Source: Candidatus Staskawiczbacteria bacterium RIFOXYC1_FULL_38_18 (GTDB lineage Bacteria; Patescibacteriota; Minisyncoccia; Minisyncoccales; Staskawiczbacteraceae). Taken from it: 45,032 nt of DNA. Position 1 is the stretch's first letter. Every line of letters starts with the position of its first letter. The stretch covers positions 1 to 45,032 of the forward strand of contig MHPP01000032.1 of the NCBI GenBank assembly GCA_001822095.1, read 5' to 3'. Positions 35,801 to 43,720 of this stretch are shown piece by piece. Both the position numbers and the translations under genes were made by a program. Under the pieces are notes generated by a model. That model ran no database searches. It saw only the letters and a list, made by a program, of their open reading frames with translations, and had not been told where the DNA came from.

Positions 35801-36045
35801 TGGTGGGTAGTTGTGTGTATTGCAACCCGGAAACAACTTGCAATAGCCACGGAGCGTGTAACCCAAATCCAGCAGATATTTATAACATGTGTTATCAGTG
35901 CGACACTGACTGGATTGGTGGTGATTGCGGAACGCCCCAGCCATATAATTGTAATACTCAAACGTGGCAATGCACAGCGTGTACTAGTGGTATGTGCGTA
36001 TTTGGCGACAAGGCGCAGTGTCAGGGATATTGCGTCCCTTTTTAG
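32824..36045 (+). CDS. Giant secreted Cys-rich repeat protein 1 (G.CG...W.W.C repeats, EGF-like and TSP1-like modules)
   Basis: Signal peptide ending AKA|S; about 8 'G.CG...C...W.C...C' units; 'C.GHG.C...C.C..GW.G..C' EGF-like units; 'W..C...QTR' units. Confidence 0.85.
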   Translation: MSKEFLSINKTKYFWTIIFVLFLFGLNFVNPAKASTEIYGQTFNYLCSGGSGTRCALQLIGSIGKPCENEFGRKDDSMCKPKTNKPICSRGKCILGPATAGKSCATVGDNAICAHEDGKCGGPFAPAEQPPAEDKLCKSSGGHSPVYSTDGLEWRWSCFPVGTGGTVDASCHTPKKSAPGECGGPFEPSEKPPTLDKLCKNNGWASVINSDDPYYWTWDCNPSGLDNSKPAFCKAPKKKIDGFCGKDNGFVFTPTAEALQPPSSGNQLCKQGTDFNSAIGKTSLMSIGKTKTWEWYCFGQAGGVDAPCKTLPPESTNGKCGAFIQGKTFENLTADNENLCDIGLSSDFELSNDVRWKWNCIGTGAGTSALCYAWKKELLNMCGPAVNKVIDSTVCTHFAIGTIADELCNPGYTPWQNQFFYDKHYCAWECTTNLGPPVQQCHSQVVLGPNCGRAITKEYASGTLSVPVDDACSGEELTYYVDDEKNLVFDSNTVKWTCKSNIGGADSELCTASRKPGQYDAACGIFKNYPAGTGAVPAIHACNSVSHPDNSAKLKFVKDYASWICVSNLGGKSSDTCEARQSSSSTCDARTACSNHGTCSVPVTGGTAINIFNGFIGSILNSYLSQVYNQLFAVTTPSACSCSSCKCDNGWTGKNCSTPTTCTPTCYSSIAWATCQPGTTQTGSCASTNCGTTQYIISTRPCPPVSTCNSAADCNGRGTCKVDGTCDCGNSGYTGTNCETLIAGNCSALGECNNHGVCAAGDTCSCDAGWALPDCSKEICTSWTYNAWTPATCPSSGAQTRTIATRTPTGCTGGTPEALSRTCTHGSVVNGTCGTADDKIYPQSATGFGSDTICATGTASPNPVFPTPGNSVEWKCIGSSGSGPWCMASHCNPATDCNGHGNCNATSAESSWCTCNTGWNTSVSCADCATDYYPTVFYASSSANACVVRCTPTTCGDHGYCNYATPTTSQPCTCLEGWAGSTCNVCATNYYPVVGSCVYCNPETTCNSHGACNPNPADIYNMCYQCDTDWIGGDCGTPQPYNCNTQTWQCTACTSGMCVFGDKAQCQGYCVPF

Positions 36046-36050
36046 AAAAG

Positions 36051-36097
36051 TTATCCACAGCTTGATATTTGTTTTTAAAAATTAAAAAAAGTATAAT
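36051..36097 (+). promoter_or_regulatory. DnaA box plus promoter, copy 2
   Basis: TTATCCACA (36051-36059), then TTGTTT-N17-TATAAT; near-identical to 32247-32293. Confidence 0.65.
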
Positions 36098-36132
36098 TAC
36101 GAAATAATTTTTAAAATTAGAAATTTACGCTT

Positions 36133-36582
36133 ATGGCAACAAATTCAAACAACAGCAGAAGTTTAGTAATTATATTAGTAGTGGCGGGAATAGTCATTTT
36201 TGTTTTAGGGGGAGTGGCGGGGGTTTTATTTCAAAATCAAAAAACAAACGGCACAATTGGGATTGGGACACCCGTAAATACTCCGGTGAAACTAGCGGAT
36301 AATTTAAAATCAAAAGCCATAAGCTCCATTATGCTTTATGGGAAGGTTGAAAGCATTTCCGGAAGAACCGTTAAAATTTCTAACAACGGGGATGTTGTTT
36401 CTGTTGCAATATTGGAAAACGCAATATTTTCCGCAGTAGACGCCTCCAAAAAATCACCGGTGCGGCAAGGCGCAAAATTTGAAGACATAAAAGTGGGGGA
36501 CAACCTAAACATTAGCGTAAAAGTTGCGGAAAATAATTCGTTTATTGGCGCCTCTGTTGTAATATTCCTTGCGCAAAAATAA
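36133..36582 (+). CDS. Membrane-anchored small beta-barrel protein, paralog 2
   Basis: TM; 'YGKVESISGRTVKISN...FEDIKVGDNLNI'. Confidence 0.7.
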   Translation: MATNSNNSRSLVIILVVAGIVIFVLGGVAGVLFQNQKTNGTIGIGTPVNTPVKLADNLKSKAISSIMLYGKVESISGRTVKISNNGDVVSVAILENAIFSAVDASKKSPVRQGAKFEDIKVGDNLNISVKVAENNSFIGASVVIFLAQK

Positions 36583-36588
36583 AACATC

Positions 36589-37041
36589 ATGAATAAAACA
36601 ATTTTAATCATCTTTTTTGCAATTATTTTTATACTTGTAGTTCTTTTTGCATTTGTTGCCGGAGTTTCTTTTCAAATGAAAAAAGATGCTCCTAAACTGC
36701 AAATTGGCGAAGAAAACGCCAAAACTGTGCAGGTTTTAACTTCAAGGCTGGTTCATTCAATTTATGCTTACGGAGAGGTAAAAAATATTTCGGGCAGAAA
36801 CATAACAATAAGCAACGGAAAAGACGACCTGACCGTTAAGATTAGAGACACTGCAAGTATTTTATTTTATAAAACTACAACGGCAAACCCAACGGGCGCG
36901 GCAAAGGAAATAAAATTTGAAGAAATAAAAAAGGGGCAGGCAATAAATATAAATTTAAAGCTTTTGCCAAACGGCTCAACCGAAGGAACCGCAATAACTA
37001 TTTTTGCCGAGCCGCCAATACCAGCGGTTATCAACAAATAG
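36589..37041 (+). CDS. Membrane-anchored small beta-barrel protein, paralog 3
   Basis: TM; 'YGEVKNISGRNITISN...FEEIKKGQAINI'. Confidence 0.7.
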   Translation: MNKTILIIFFAIIFILVVLFAFVAGVSFQMKKDAPKLQIGEENAKTVQVLTSRLVHSIYAYGEVKNISGRNITISNGKDDLTVKIRDTASILFYKTTTANPTGAAKEIKFEEIKKGQAININLKLLPNGSTEGTAITIFAEPPIPAVINK

Positions 37042-37090
37042 TTGTTTTTAAAACGATTTAATTTTTTAAGTTTTTAGTTTTTTATAATCC

Positions 37091-40000
37091 ATGCAGACAA
37101 AAACAATAAAAATAATAAGCTTGCCAATTTTGGCTTTTGCTATTTTTTTATTTCTGACTGCTTTTGGAGCCGTAGAAGCAATTAATTCAAAAATTCCCTG
37201 CACCTGTCCTAGCGGCGGCACAGTATGCGCAAGCGCTTTTTGTCCTACCGATACAATGTGTCAGGAAGGATATTGTAATGACGGCTCAACTAATTTGATT
37301 TGTCCGCTTAATTGTCCCCTATATAATTTTAATGAATGCTCTGCGCCATGTTACAGAACTGAAATTGGTCCATGTCAATATACGGCCGTGCCGGGCATCC
37401 CCTTTATGTGCGTGCCAGATATATCCTATCCGGATCCAAGTTGTTCAATGGGTTTTGATTGTACAGGAAGTGGGACAGGCGGTGGCGGTGGCGGTGGGTT
37501 AATTGGCACATGCGCGACTTATGGATTGAGCGCAGGAAATGCTTGTATTAGTGAAGATGTTGGAGGCGGGCAGGGAAGTTCTTGTTCGTCTAATTCCGAT
37601 TGCCAGCCAGCAACTGGCCAAAAATATTGCGATTTAAGCACGGGCCAGTGCTCCACAGACGGAAATGGACTAATTTGCTCTCTTGATGTAGAATGTGGTC
37701 TTGGCACTTCGGTAAGCAGGTGTAATATTGGCGGAACATGTTCTGTCTCCGGGGATGGCGATGCATGCTCAACCAGCGCCGACTGCGGGGCATTAACGCC
37801 AAAATGCGATGAATCGGGGAAATGTGTGTTAACTAATTCTGGCGGTATATCCTGCGCAACCGATGCAGAATGCGCATTTAGATGCGCAAGCAGTGGTTTG
37901 GGAGTCAACAACCAATGCGTGCAGGGAGGCGATGGCGCGCCTTGTTATAACTCCATGTATCATACGCCGGACGATAATTTGTGCAAGCCTTATGGATGCG
38001 ATGACGCAAATCAACGATGTGTGCAGGGCGGAACCGGTAATTCCTGCGGAGGCCCTAATGATTATGTTACGTGCGAGCCCGATTGCACAATCAGCGGTAA
38101 TTGCGCTTTATATAGGTGCAATACGCAAAACCAGCGATGCGAAACGGGGCTGGCGGGAGGAATTATCTGCAATCAGAACGACCCTTTGGCTTGCAAATAC
38201 AGGTGCGCCACAAATTTTACTTGTTCTTCGGGAGGATTTGGGGCGGTGTGCGACCCATTTGGCAATCCAGACGCCTGTAAATTTGGTTGCGACCCAAATC
38301 CAAGCAGCCCAAGTTATATGAGATGCATTCAAGGACTTTACACTGAATTCCCTTGTAATATTTTTCAAACAGGAGATGCCTGCGCGTATAAATGTTCGGG
38401 AGAATCATGTGCATTGCAGGGGTGGAATAAGTATTATTACTCTCCATACACCACCACGCCCATTCCAAGCGACCCAAGAAGTTGTACCGATGATACAAAT
38501 TGCGCATATGGCTGTAATGCTTCTTTGCAATGCGTTCAGGGAATAGGAACAGGAGAATGGTGTACGCCCATACCTGGGAATCCTAATTCAACAGTTCCGT
38601 GTGATTACGGATGTGTTGGAAATAGATGTGTTCTAGGAAGTGGAGGTCCATTGTGCGGGCCTTCAAATGACGGAGCCGATTGTATAACAAGATGCGGAGC
38701 AACAAGCAATCCCTTAAACCCCTTAAAACCTTATCCTGATGATTATTTTGCATATTCTTGCATGCAAGGCGTTTCTACTGATTCTTTACCCTGTACGGTC
38801 GATTCGCAGTGCGGATATAGTTGTAACGAATATGACCAATGCGTTCCGTTTGGCGGAGGCGCTAGTTGTGACCCTTATAATTCGTTTTCATGCGGTTATC
38901 CGGAATGTGATCCGACCACAACCCCCTTTGACCCGGACGGGTGCGGAGGATGTGGAAATTTTTGCGGGCCAAATGGATATTGGTTTGCTTGCCCCTCAGT
39001 AAATCATTTAGTGGATCCACGCGATTCGGCCGGGCAATGTTTGTGCTATCCTAATCAAAACCCCGCCTTGGGATTTACCTGCGGGTCAAACGATTTTTTT
39101 GAACCGCACGTTAACACCCCGCCATACGCCCAACCGGTAACGTGCAGCCAATGCGCGGTGCAACAGCCCCCATATATAACAGGTCTTTCGCTTGCTCAAA
39201 ATCAATGTACCGGAATAGTGGGGCAGTCAGCGGTCAACCTTCAATGGGTTTATAACAGCCCCGACGATATTGATGAATTAAAATATGAGCTTCAAATAGC
39301 AAGAGACGAAGACACAAATTTTGATGACCCTGTTTTTTACAAAACAGTATTGCATTCCGCGCTAAACGGATCTACGAATTTTTCTCCGACTATTCCAATA
39401 ATATTTGGCGCAGACGTTCCCGGTTGCAATGAAAACATAGGGCAAACTTGTTATTTGAGTTTCGGCAAAAATTATCGTTGGGGAGTTAAAGTAACAGACG
39501 AAAACAATAAGGCTTCTGTGTGGCATTATTATAAGCCCGGCGCCTGTAGCGGACCGAGTTTGGATTTACTATACCTTGAGGGAAATGAAACATGGGTGGA
39601 GGGCACAACACACCAAATCGCGTGGACATCAGAAAATTTGGGTTCATCTACGGTTAATGTCTATTTTGGATCCACCTATTTTGGAACCACCTTTATTGGC
39701 TCGGCTCCGGCGTCTCAGAATTTTTATAATTGGGCAATACCCGTTCCTTCATGGTTGGTCGATCCTAGACATATTAGTATAATAACAACTACAAGTTTGG
39801 GACAAACGCTATCGGATGAAAGTCTTGGCCTTGTTTCAATTTCGCCTTGCGTTCCAAGTTGGACATGCAACGGACTTAGTTGTAGTGATCCAAACTCGTG
39901 GGGCGAATGTTCTGCTTCCGGAACTCAAACAAGAAGCGTAATAGATACAAACAATTGCGGAACAACAACCGGAAAACCAGCCGAATCTCAAACCTGCACA

Positions 40001-41044
40001 TGTGTTCCTGTTTGGCCATCGGCTTCTCCCGGTTGCACCTCCTGGTCTGTGTGTCCGGCTGGAGGAGGAACACAAGATAGAACTTGCACTTCAACGAATT
40101 GCGGAACACAGACAAGACAAGAGTCGCAAACCTGCACGCCTCCTCCCACTCTCACTGTTACATCTCCGAACGGAAATGAATCATGGACGCAAAGAACATG
40201 GGAAAATATTACATGGACGACTCAAAATATAGCCGGTGGATCAAACATCGATATAGATATTATACCTTTTCCATCGGGCAGTCCGCAGCAAATATATTTT
40301 GTTCCCGCATACGAAGGCATTTATACATGGAATGTTGGTCGGTTAGTCGATGGTTTTTCTTATGTACCAGTCGGCCAGTATAAAATTAGGATTAGTGTTT
40401 GGGATCAGGGAAGTGGAACTATGATATATGACGAGAGTGACAATTTTTTCACTATCACTAACCCTGTCGCTATAGTAAACACTAGTTCTATGCTGGCAAG
40501 TATCAGTAATATAACGTCGGGTATTAAGGATGCAGTGGCCAGCGTAAGCAGTGTTATAAAAAATGCGGTATTTAACACAATAATACAATTATTTAAAGCA
40601 ATAACAAATTTTGCGGGCACCGACGCTAAAGCGGATACTTGCACCGAATATGGAAATTTCACTACCGACCGGGCTCAGGCAGGCGTGTTTTCCACTCCGC
40701 CTCATCCGGGACCGTTTGTTTTCTTTGAATATAGCCCGGACAAACCCGAGCTGAACCGCCAAGTTTCTTTTTCTGACATTTATTCCCTTTGTTATGACAG
40801 CCTTGGAAACTCTTCTTTGTGCAAAAACACATCTTCTAACTATATTTGGATTTTTTATGACAACCCCAGCCAGCCCGCTTATACCAAAGGGAGCGCCTCC
40901 CATGTGTTTTCTGTTAACAATAATCCAGATGTAAATTTGCAAATTTGCGACGCCGACAATATTTGTTGTTCTGGTAATAAAGATATTGAGTTTGAGCAAG
41001 AGAACGCTAATTTGCCCAACTGGAAAGAAATTTCTCCGTTCTAA
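37091..41044 (+). CDS. Giant secreted Cys-rich repeat protein 2 (short Cys repeats, FN3/Ig-like, TSP1-like, SPNG.E.W domains, C-terminal PKD-like domain)
   Basis: Signal peptide ending VEA|I; many 'C.Y.C...CVQG..G..C' units; 'LTVTSPNGNESW'; ends LPNWKEISPF. Confidence 0.85.
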   Translation: MQTKTIKIISLPILAFAIFLFLTAFGAVEAINSKIPCTCPSGGTVCASAFCPTDTMCQEGYCNDGSTNLICPLNCPLYNFNECSAPCYRTEIGPCQYTAVPGIPFMCVPDISYPDPSCSMGFDCTGSGTGGGGGGGLIGTCATYGLSAGNACISEDVGGGQGSSCSSNSDCQPATGQKYCDLSTGQCSTDGNGLICSLDVECGLGTSVSRCNIGGTCSVSGDGDACSTSADCGALTPKCDESGKCVLTNSGGISCATDAECAFRCASSGLGVNNQCVQGGDGAPCYNSMYHTPDDNLCKPYGCDDANQRCVQGGTGNSCGGPNDYVTCEPDCTISGNCALYRCNTQNQRCETGLAGGIICNQNDPLACKYRCATNFTCSSGGFGAVCDPFGNPDACKFGCDPNPSSPSYMRCIQGLYTEFPCNIFQTGDACAYKCSGESCALQGWNKYYYSPYTTTPIPSDPRSCTDDTNCAYGCNASLQCVQGIGTGEWCTPIPGNPNSTVPCDYGCVGNRCVLGSGGPLCGPSNDGADCITRCGATSNPLNPLKPYPDDYFAYSCMQGVSTDSLPCTVDSQCGYSCNEYDQCVPFGGGASCDPYNSFSCGYPECDPTTTPFDPDGCGGCGNFCGPNGYWFACPSVNHLVDPRDSAGQCLCYPNQNPALGFTCGSNDFFEPHVNTPPYAQPVTCSQCAVQQPPYITGLSLAQNQCTGIVGQSAVNLQWVYNSPDDIDELKYELQIARDEDTNFDDPVFYKTVLHSALNGSTNFSPTIPIIFGADVPGCNENIGQTCYLSFGKNYRWGVKVTDENNKASVWHYYKPGACSGPSLDLLYLEGNETWVEGTTHQIAWTSENLGSSTVNVYFGSTYFGTTFIGSAPASQNFYNWAIPVPSWLVDPRHISIITTTSLGQTLSDESLGLVSISPCVPSWTCNGLSCSDPNSWGECSASGTQTRSVIDTNNCGTTTGKPAESQTCTCVPVWPSASPGCTSWSVCPAGGGTQDRTCTSTNCGTQTRQESQTCTPPPTLTVTSPNGNESWTQRTWENITWTTQNIAGGSNIDIDIIPFPSGSPQQIYFVPAYEGIYTWNVGRLVDGFSYVPVGQYKIRISVWDQGSGTMIYDESDNFFTITNPVAIVNTSSMLASISNITSGIKDAVASVSSVIKNAVFNTIIQLFKAITNFAGTDAKADTCTEYGNFTTDRAQAGVFSTPPHPGPFVFFEYSPDKPELNRQVSFSDIYSLCYDSLGNSSLCKNTSSNYIWIFYDNPSQPAYTKGSASHVFSVNNNPDVNLQICDADNICCSGNKDIEFEQENANLPNWKEISPF

Positions 41045-41055
41045 TTAAAGCGAGC

Positions 41056-41084
41056 CCGCGGACATCGGGCGTCCGCGGTTTTTG
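41056..41084 (+). terminator. Intrinsic terminator
   Basis: CCGCGGAC-atcgggc-GTCCGCGG plus T5. Confidence 0.75.
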
Positions 41085-41093
41085 CTAAAAGGG

Positions 41094-41122
41094 TTGCAAA
41101 AAAATAAATTATCTGATATACT
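41094..41122 (+). promoter_or_regulatory. Promoter of rpmF-nusB-rnc-rpsP
   Basis: TTGCAA-N17-TATACT with TG extension. Confidence 0.6.
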
Positions 41123-41166
41123 AAAAAATAATTAAAAATTTAAAATTTTAAATTTAAAATTACGCT

Positions 41167-41412
41167 ATGGCTGTTCCAAGGCACAAACATACAAGGTCAA
41201 AAGTGGGCAAGACCCGGATGCATAAAAACATCAAGCGGGTTGTTTTAGGTGTTTGCCCAAAATGCAAAAAACCTGTTTTGTCGCACACAGTTTGCAGAAA
41301 CTGCGGATTTTATAAAGGGCAGGAAGTTATCAATGTTTTAGCCTCCTTAACAAAAAAAGAGAAAAAAGCAAGAGAAAAAGAGATTAAACAAGCCGAAGCG
41401 CAGCAAAAATAA
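41167..41412 (+). CDS. rpmF: 50S ribosomal protein L32
   Basis: 'MAVPR', 'CPKC...[12 protein letters not shown]'. Confidence 0.95.
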   Translation: MAVPRHKHTRSKVGKTRMHKNIKRVVLGVCPKCKKPVLSHTVCRNCGFYKGQEVINVLASLTKKEKKAREKEIKQAEAQQK

Positions 41413-41417
41413 TTTTT

Positions 41418-41840
41418 ATGGCCAGCAGGCACTTATCACGTTCAATTGTTTTACAATCATTGTATGAGTGGGATTTTTACGGCAAGAAAGGAGTTTTAAA
41501 AAATGTTGTTGAAAGAAACATAAAGGATTTTGGCCCTGGTTTGGAAGATTTGGAATTTATTTACAAGCTTGCGGAAGGCGTGCAGACTCATATGCCGGAA
41601 ATTGACAAAATAATTGAAAAAGCGGCTCCCGAATGGCCAATTGCCCAAATTTCAATAATTGACAGAAATGTTTTAAGAATAGGATTATTTGAGCTTTTAT
41701 ACGCAGACAAAGAAGAAGTTCCGCCAAAAGTTGCCATAAACGAAGCAATTGAACTGGCAAAAACGTTTGCAGGCACAACCTCAGGAAAATTTATAAACGG
41801 AGTATTGGGCACGGTGTATAAACAAATAAATGAATTTTGA
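41418..41840 (+). CDS. nusB: Transcription antitermination factor NusB
   Basis: 'IDRNVLR', '[15 protein letters not shown]' and 'FINGVL'. Confidence 0.96.
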   Translation: MASRHLSRSIVLQSLYEWDFYGKKGVLKNVVERNIKDFGPGLEDLEFIYKLAEGVQTHMPEIDKIIEKAAPEWPIAQISIIDRNVLRIGLFELLYADKEEVPPKVAINEAIELAKTFAGTTSGKFINGVLGTVYKQINEF

Positions 41841-42519
41841 ACCATTAGAAAAAAAATTAGGATTGAAGTTTAAAAATAAAGACCTTTTGATGCAGGCTTT
41901 TACGCACAGGTCTTATATAAACGAAAACCCAAGCTTTCGCTTGAGCCACAACGAACGGTTGGAATTTTTAGGGGATGCGGTAATGGAATTAATTGTAACG
42001 GAGCATCTTTATAAGGAATTTCCCGAAAAAGCAGAAGGAGACTTAACCAACTGGAGAGCGGCATTGGTAAATGCAAAAATGCTTACCAGTGTTGCCGAGG
42101 AACTGGGGTTTAACGATTATTTGTTATTATCAAAAGGCGAAACAAAAGAAACGGGAAAAGCGCGAGCTTATATTTTAGCAAACAGCTGGGAGGCATTAAT
42201 TGGTGCAATGTATCTGGATTCTGGATATAAAACAACAGAAAATTTTATCAAAAAATATTTAATGATAAAGCTTGCCGATATTATAAAAGACGGCTCGTAT
42301 AAAGATTCGAAGTCAAAATTTCAAGAAGAGGCGCAGGAAAGAGTTTCAATCACGCCGGTTTACAGGGTTTTAAAAGAATGGGGGCCCGACCACGATAAAA
42401 AATTTACTGTTGGGGTATATCTGGGAAGCGAATTGATTGCAGAAGGGCAGGGTTCGTCAAAACAAGAGGCAGAAGAGGCATCGGCAGAACTGGCGCTTGA
42501 AGTAAAAAATTGGAAATAA
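41830..42519 (+). CDS. rnc: Ribonuclease III
   Basis: 'THRSY', '[11 protein letters not shown]' and a dsRBD with 'GPDH...G.G.SKQEAE'. Confidence 0.97.
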   Translation: MNFEPLEKKLGLKFKNKDLLMQAFTHRSYINENPSFRLSHNERLEFLGDAVMELIVTEHLYKEFPEKAEGDLTNWRAALVNAKMLTSVAEELGFNDYLLLSKGETKETGKARAYILANSWEALIGAMYLDSGYKTTENFIKKYLMIKLADIIKDGSYKDSKSKFQEEAQERVSITPVYRVLKEWGPDHDKKFTVGVYLGSELIAEGQGSSKQEAEEASAELALEVKNWK

Positions 42520-42531
42520 AAAATAAAAAAT

Positions 42532-42867
42532 ATGTTGACTATAAGATTAACAAGAAAAGGTAAAAAAAATCAGCCATTTTTTAGGGTGGTTGTTATTGAT
42601 AAAAGAAGAAGTTCAAAGGGCGGAAGGTCCGTTGAGGATTTGGGATACAAAAACCCCTTAACCAAAAAAGTTTCTTTAAACAAAGAAAGAATTTTATACT
42701 GGATTTCAAAAGGAGCCCAGCCTTCTGCCACCATTCATAATTTGCTTGTTTCAGAAAAAATTATTGAGGGAAAAAAATTACACGTTTCTAAATTCAGCAA
42801 GAAAAAACAGGCAGAAGTTGACGCCGTTAAAACAAAAATAGAAACAGAGACTCCGCCAGCCGTTTAA
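42532..42867 (+). CDS. rpsP: 30S ribosomal protein S16
   Basis: 'IRLTR.GKKNQPFFRVVV.D.R' and 'WISKGAQPS'. Confidence 0.96.
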   Translation: MLTIRLTRKGKKNQPFFRVVVIDKRRSSKGGRSVEDLGYKNPLTKKVSLNKERILYWISKGAQPSATIHNLLVSEKIIEGKKLHVSKFSKKKQAEVDAVKTKIETETPPAV

Positions 42868-42876
42868 TTTAGATTT

Positions 42877-42905
42877 AAAAATCCGCCTCTTGGCGGATTT
42901 TTTTT
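42877..42905. terminator. Intrinsic terminator
   Basis: AAAAATCCGCC-tctt-GGCGGATTTTT. Confidence 0.8.
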
Positions 42906-42946
42906 GGAGTTGTATAATAATGTAATATAAATTAAATACAAATTTT

Positions 42947-43327
42947 ATGGAAACAAAAAAAGTTTTAGTTGTGGAAGACGACCTTAATTTTTTGTCTATT
43001 CTTCAGCAGGCGTTTGAACAAGAGGAGGAAATTAAGCTGTTTTTGGCAAAAGACGGCCAAGAGGGGCTGGATGCGGCAATTAAAGAAAAGCCCGACCTGA
43101 TTCTTTTGGATATTTTAATGCCGATTATGAATGGAATAGAGGTTGCAAAAAAATTGCAGGAATCAAGTATAAAAACGCGAATTATCTTTTTAACCAATGT
43201 AAGCGACGTTGACACAATAAACAAAGCGGTTGAGGCTGTTAAATTTGGCGTTGAGTATATTATAAAATCAGACGTTCACGTTGCGCAAATTGTGGCAAGG
43301 GTTAAAGAGAAGCTTGAAATTAAATAA
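42947..43327 (+). CDS. Single-domain CheY-like response regulator
   Basis: 'VLVVEDD', 'DLILLDILMP', 'FLTN' and 'YIIKS'. Confidence 0.9.
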   Translation: METKKVLVVEDDLNFLSILQQAFEQEEEIKLFLAKDGQEGLDAAIKEKPDLILLDILMPIMNGIEVAKKLQESSIKTRIIFLTNVSDVDTINKAVEAVKFGVEYIIKSDVHVAQIVARVKEKLEIK

Positions 43328-43331
43328 GCCC

Positions 43332-43598
43332 TTAAGATTCTTTAAACAACTCTTTTACTTTTGAAATTATCATTTCCTCCATCATTTTGCTTGTTTCTTC
43401 GTTCATGGGGCGGAATATGTTTAAATCTTTTTGGCCAACTTTTTTTGTGGGGTAGGTGAGTCTGTATCCTGAACCGTCAAGTTTTGTGTGAACACCAATT
43501 GACCCCAAATACATATTTTCGTTAAGCACAACACTAGCAAAAGCAACCAAACCATTTCTTGGAGTAATCGGAGTTATTTGTACGTCTGTTATTTTCAT
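43332..43598 (-). CDS. SpoVG-family nucleic-acid-binding protein
   Basis: 'MKITDVQI', 'GLVAFASVVL' and 'YP...FRP'. Confidence 0.75.
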   Translation of the reverse strand: MKITDVQITPITPRNGLVAFASVVLNENMYLGSIGVHTKLDGSGYRLTYPTKKVGQKDLNIFRPMNEETSKMMEEMIISKVKELFKES

Positions 43599-43720
43599 AC
43601 GTATTTATTAATAAAATTGTAATGTATATTATATAACCTAAATTCTGTAGTTAATTTTATAGGATAAGCATTAAAATTGCATTATAAAATTATTAATTAA
43701 GTAATAAAAAAGTAAAAAAT

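Noticed and set aside
32247-36059. Replication origin from DnaA boxes
   Set aside because: Only two isolated boxes 3.8 kb apart, each at a promoter; no cluster and no dnaA/dnaN nearby.
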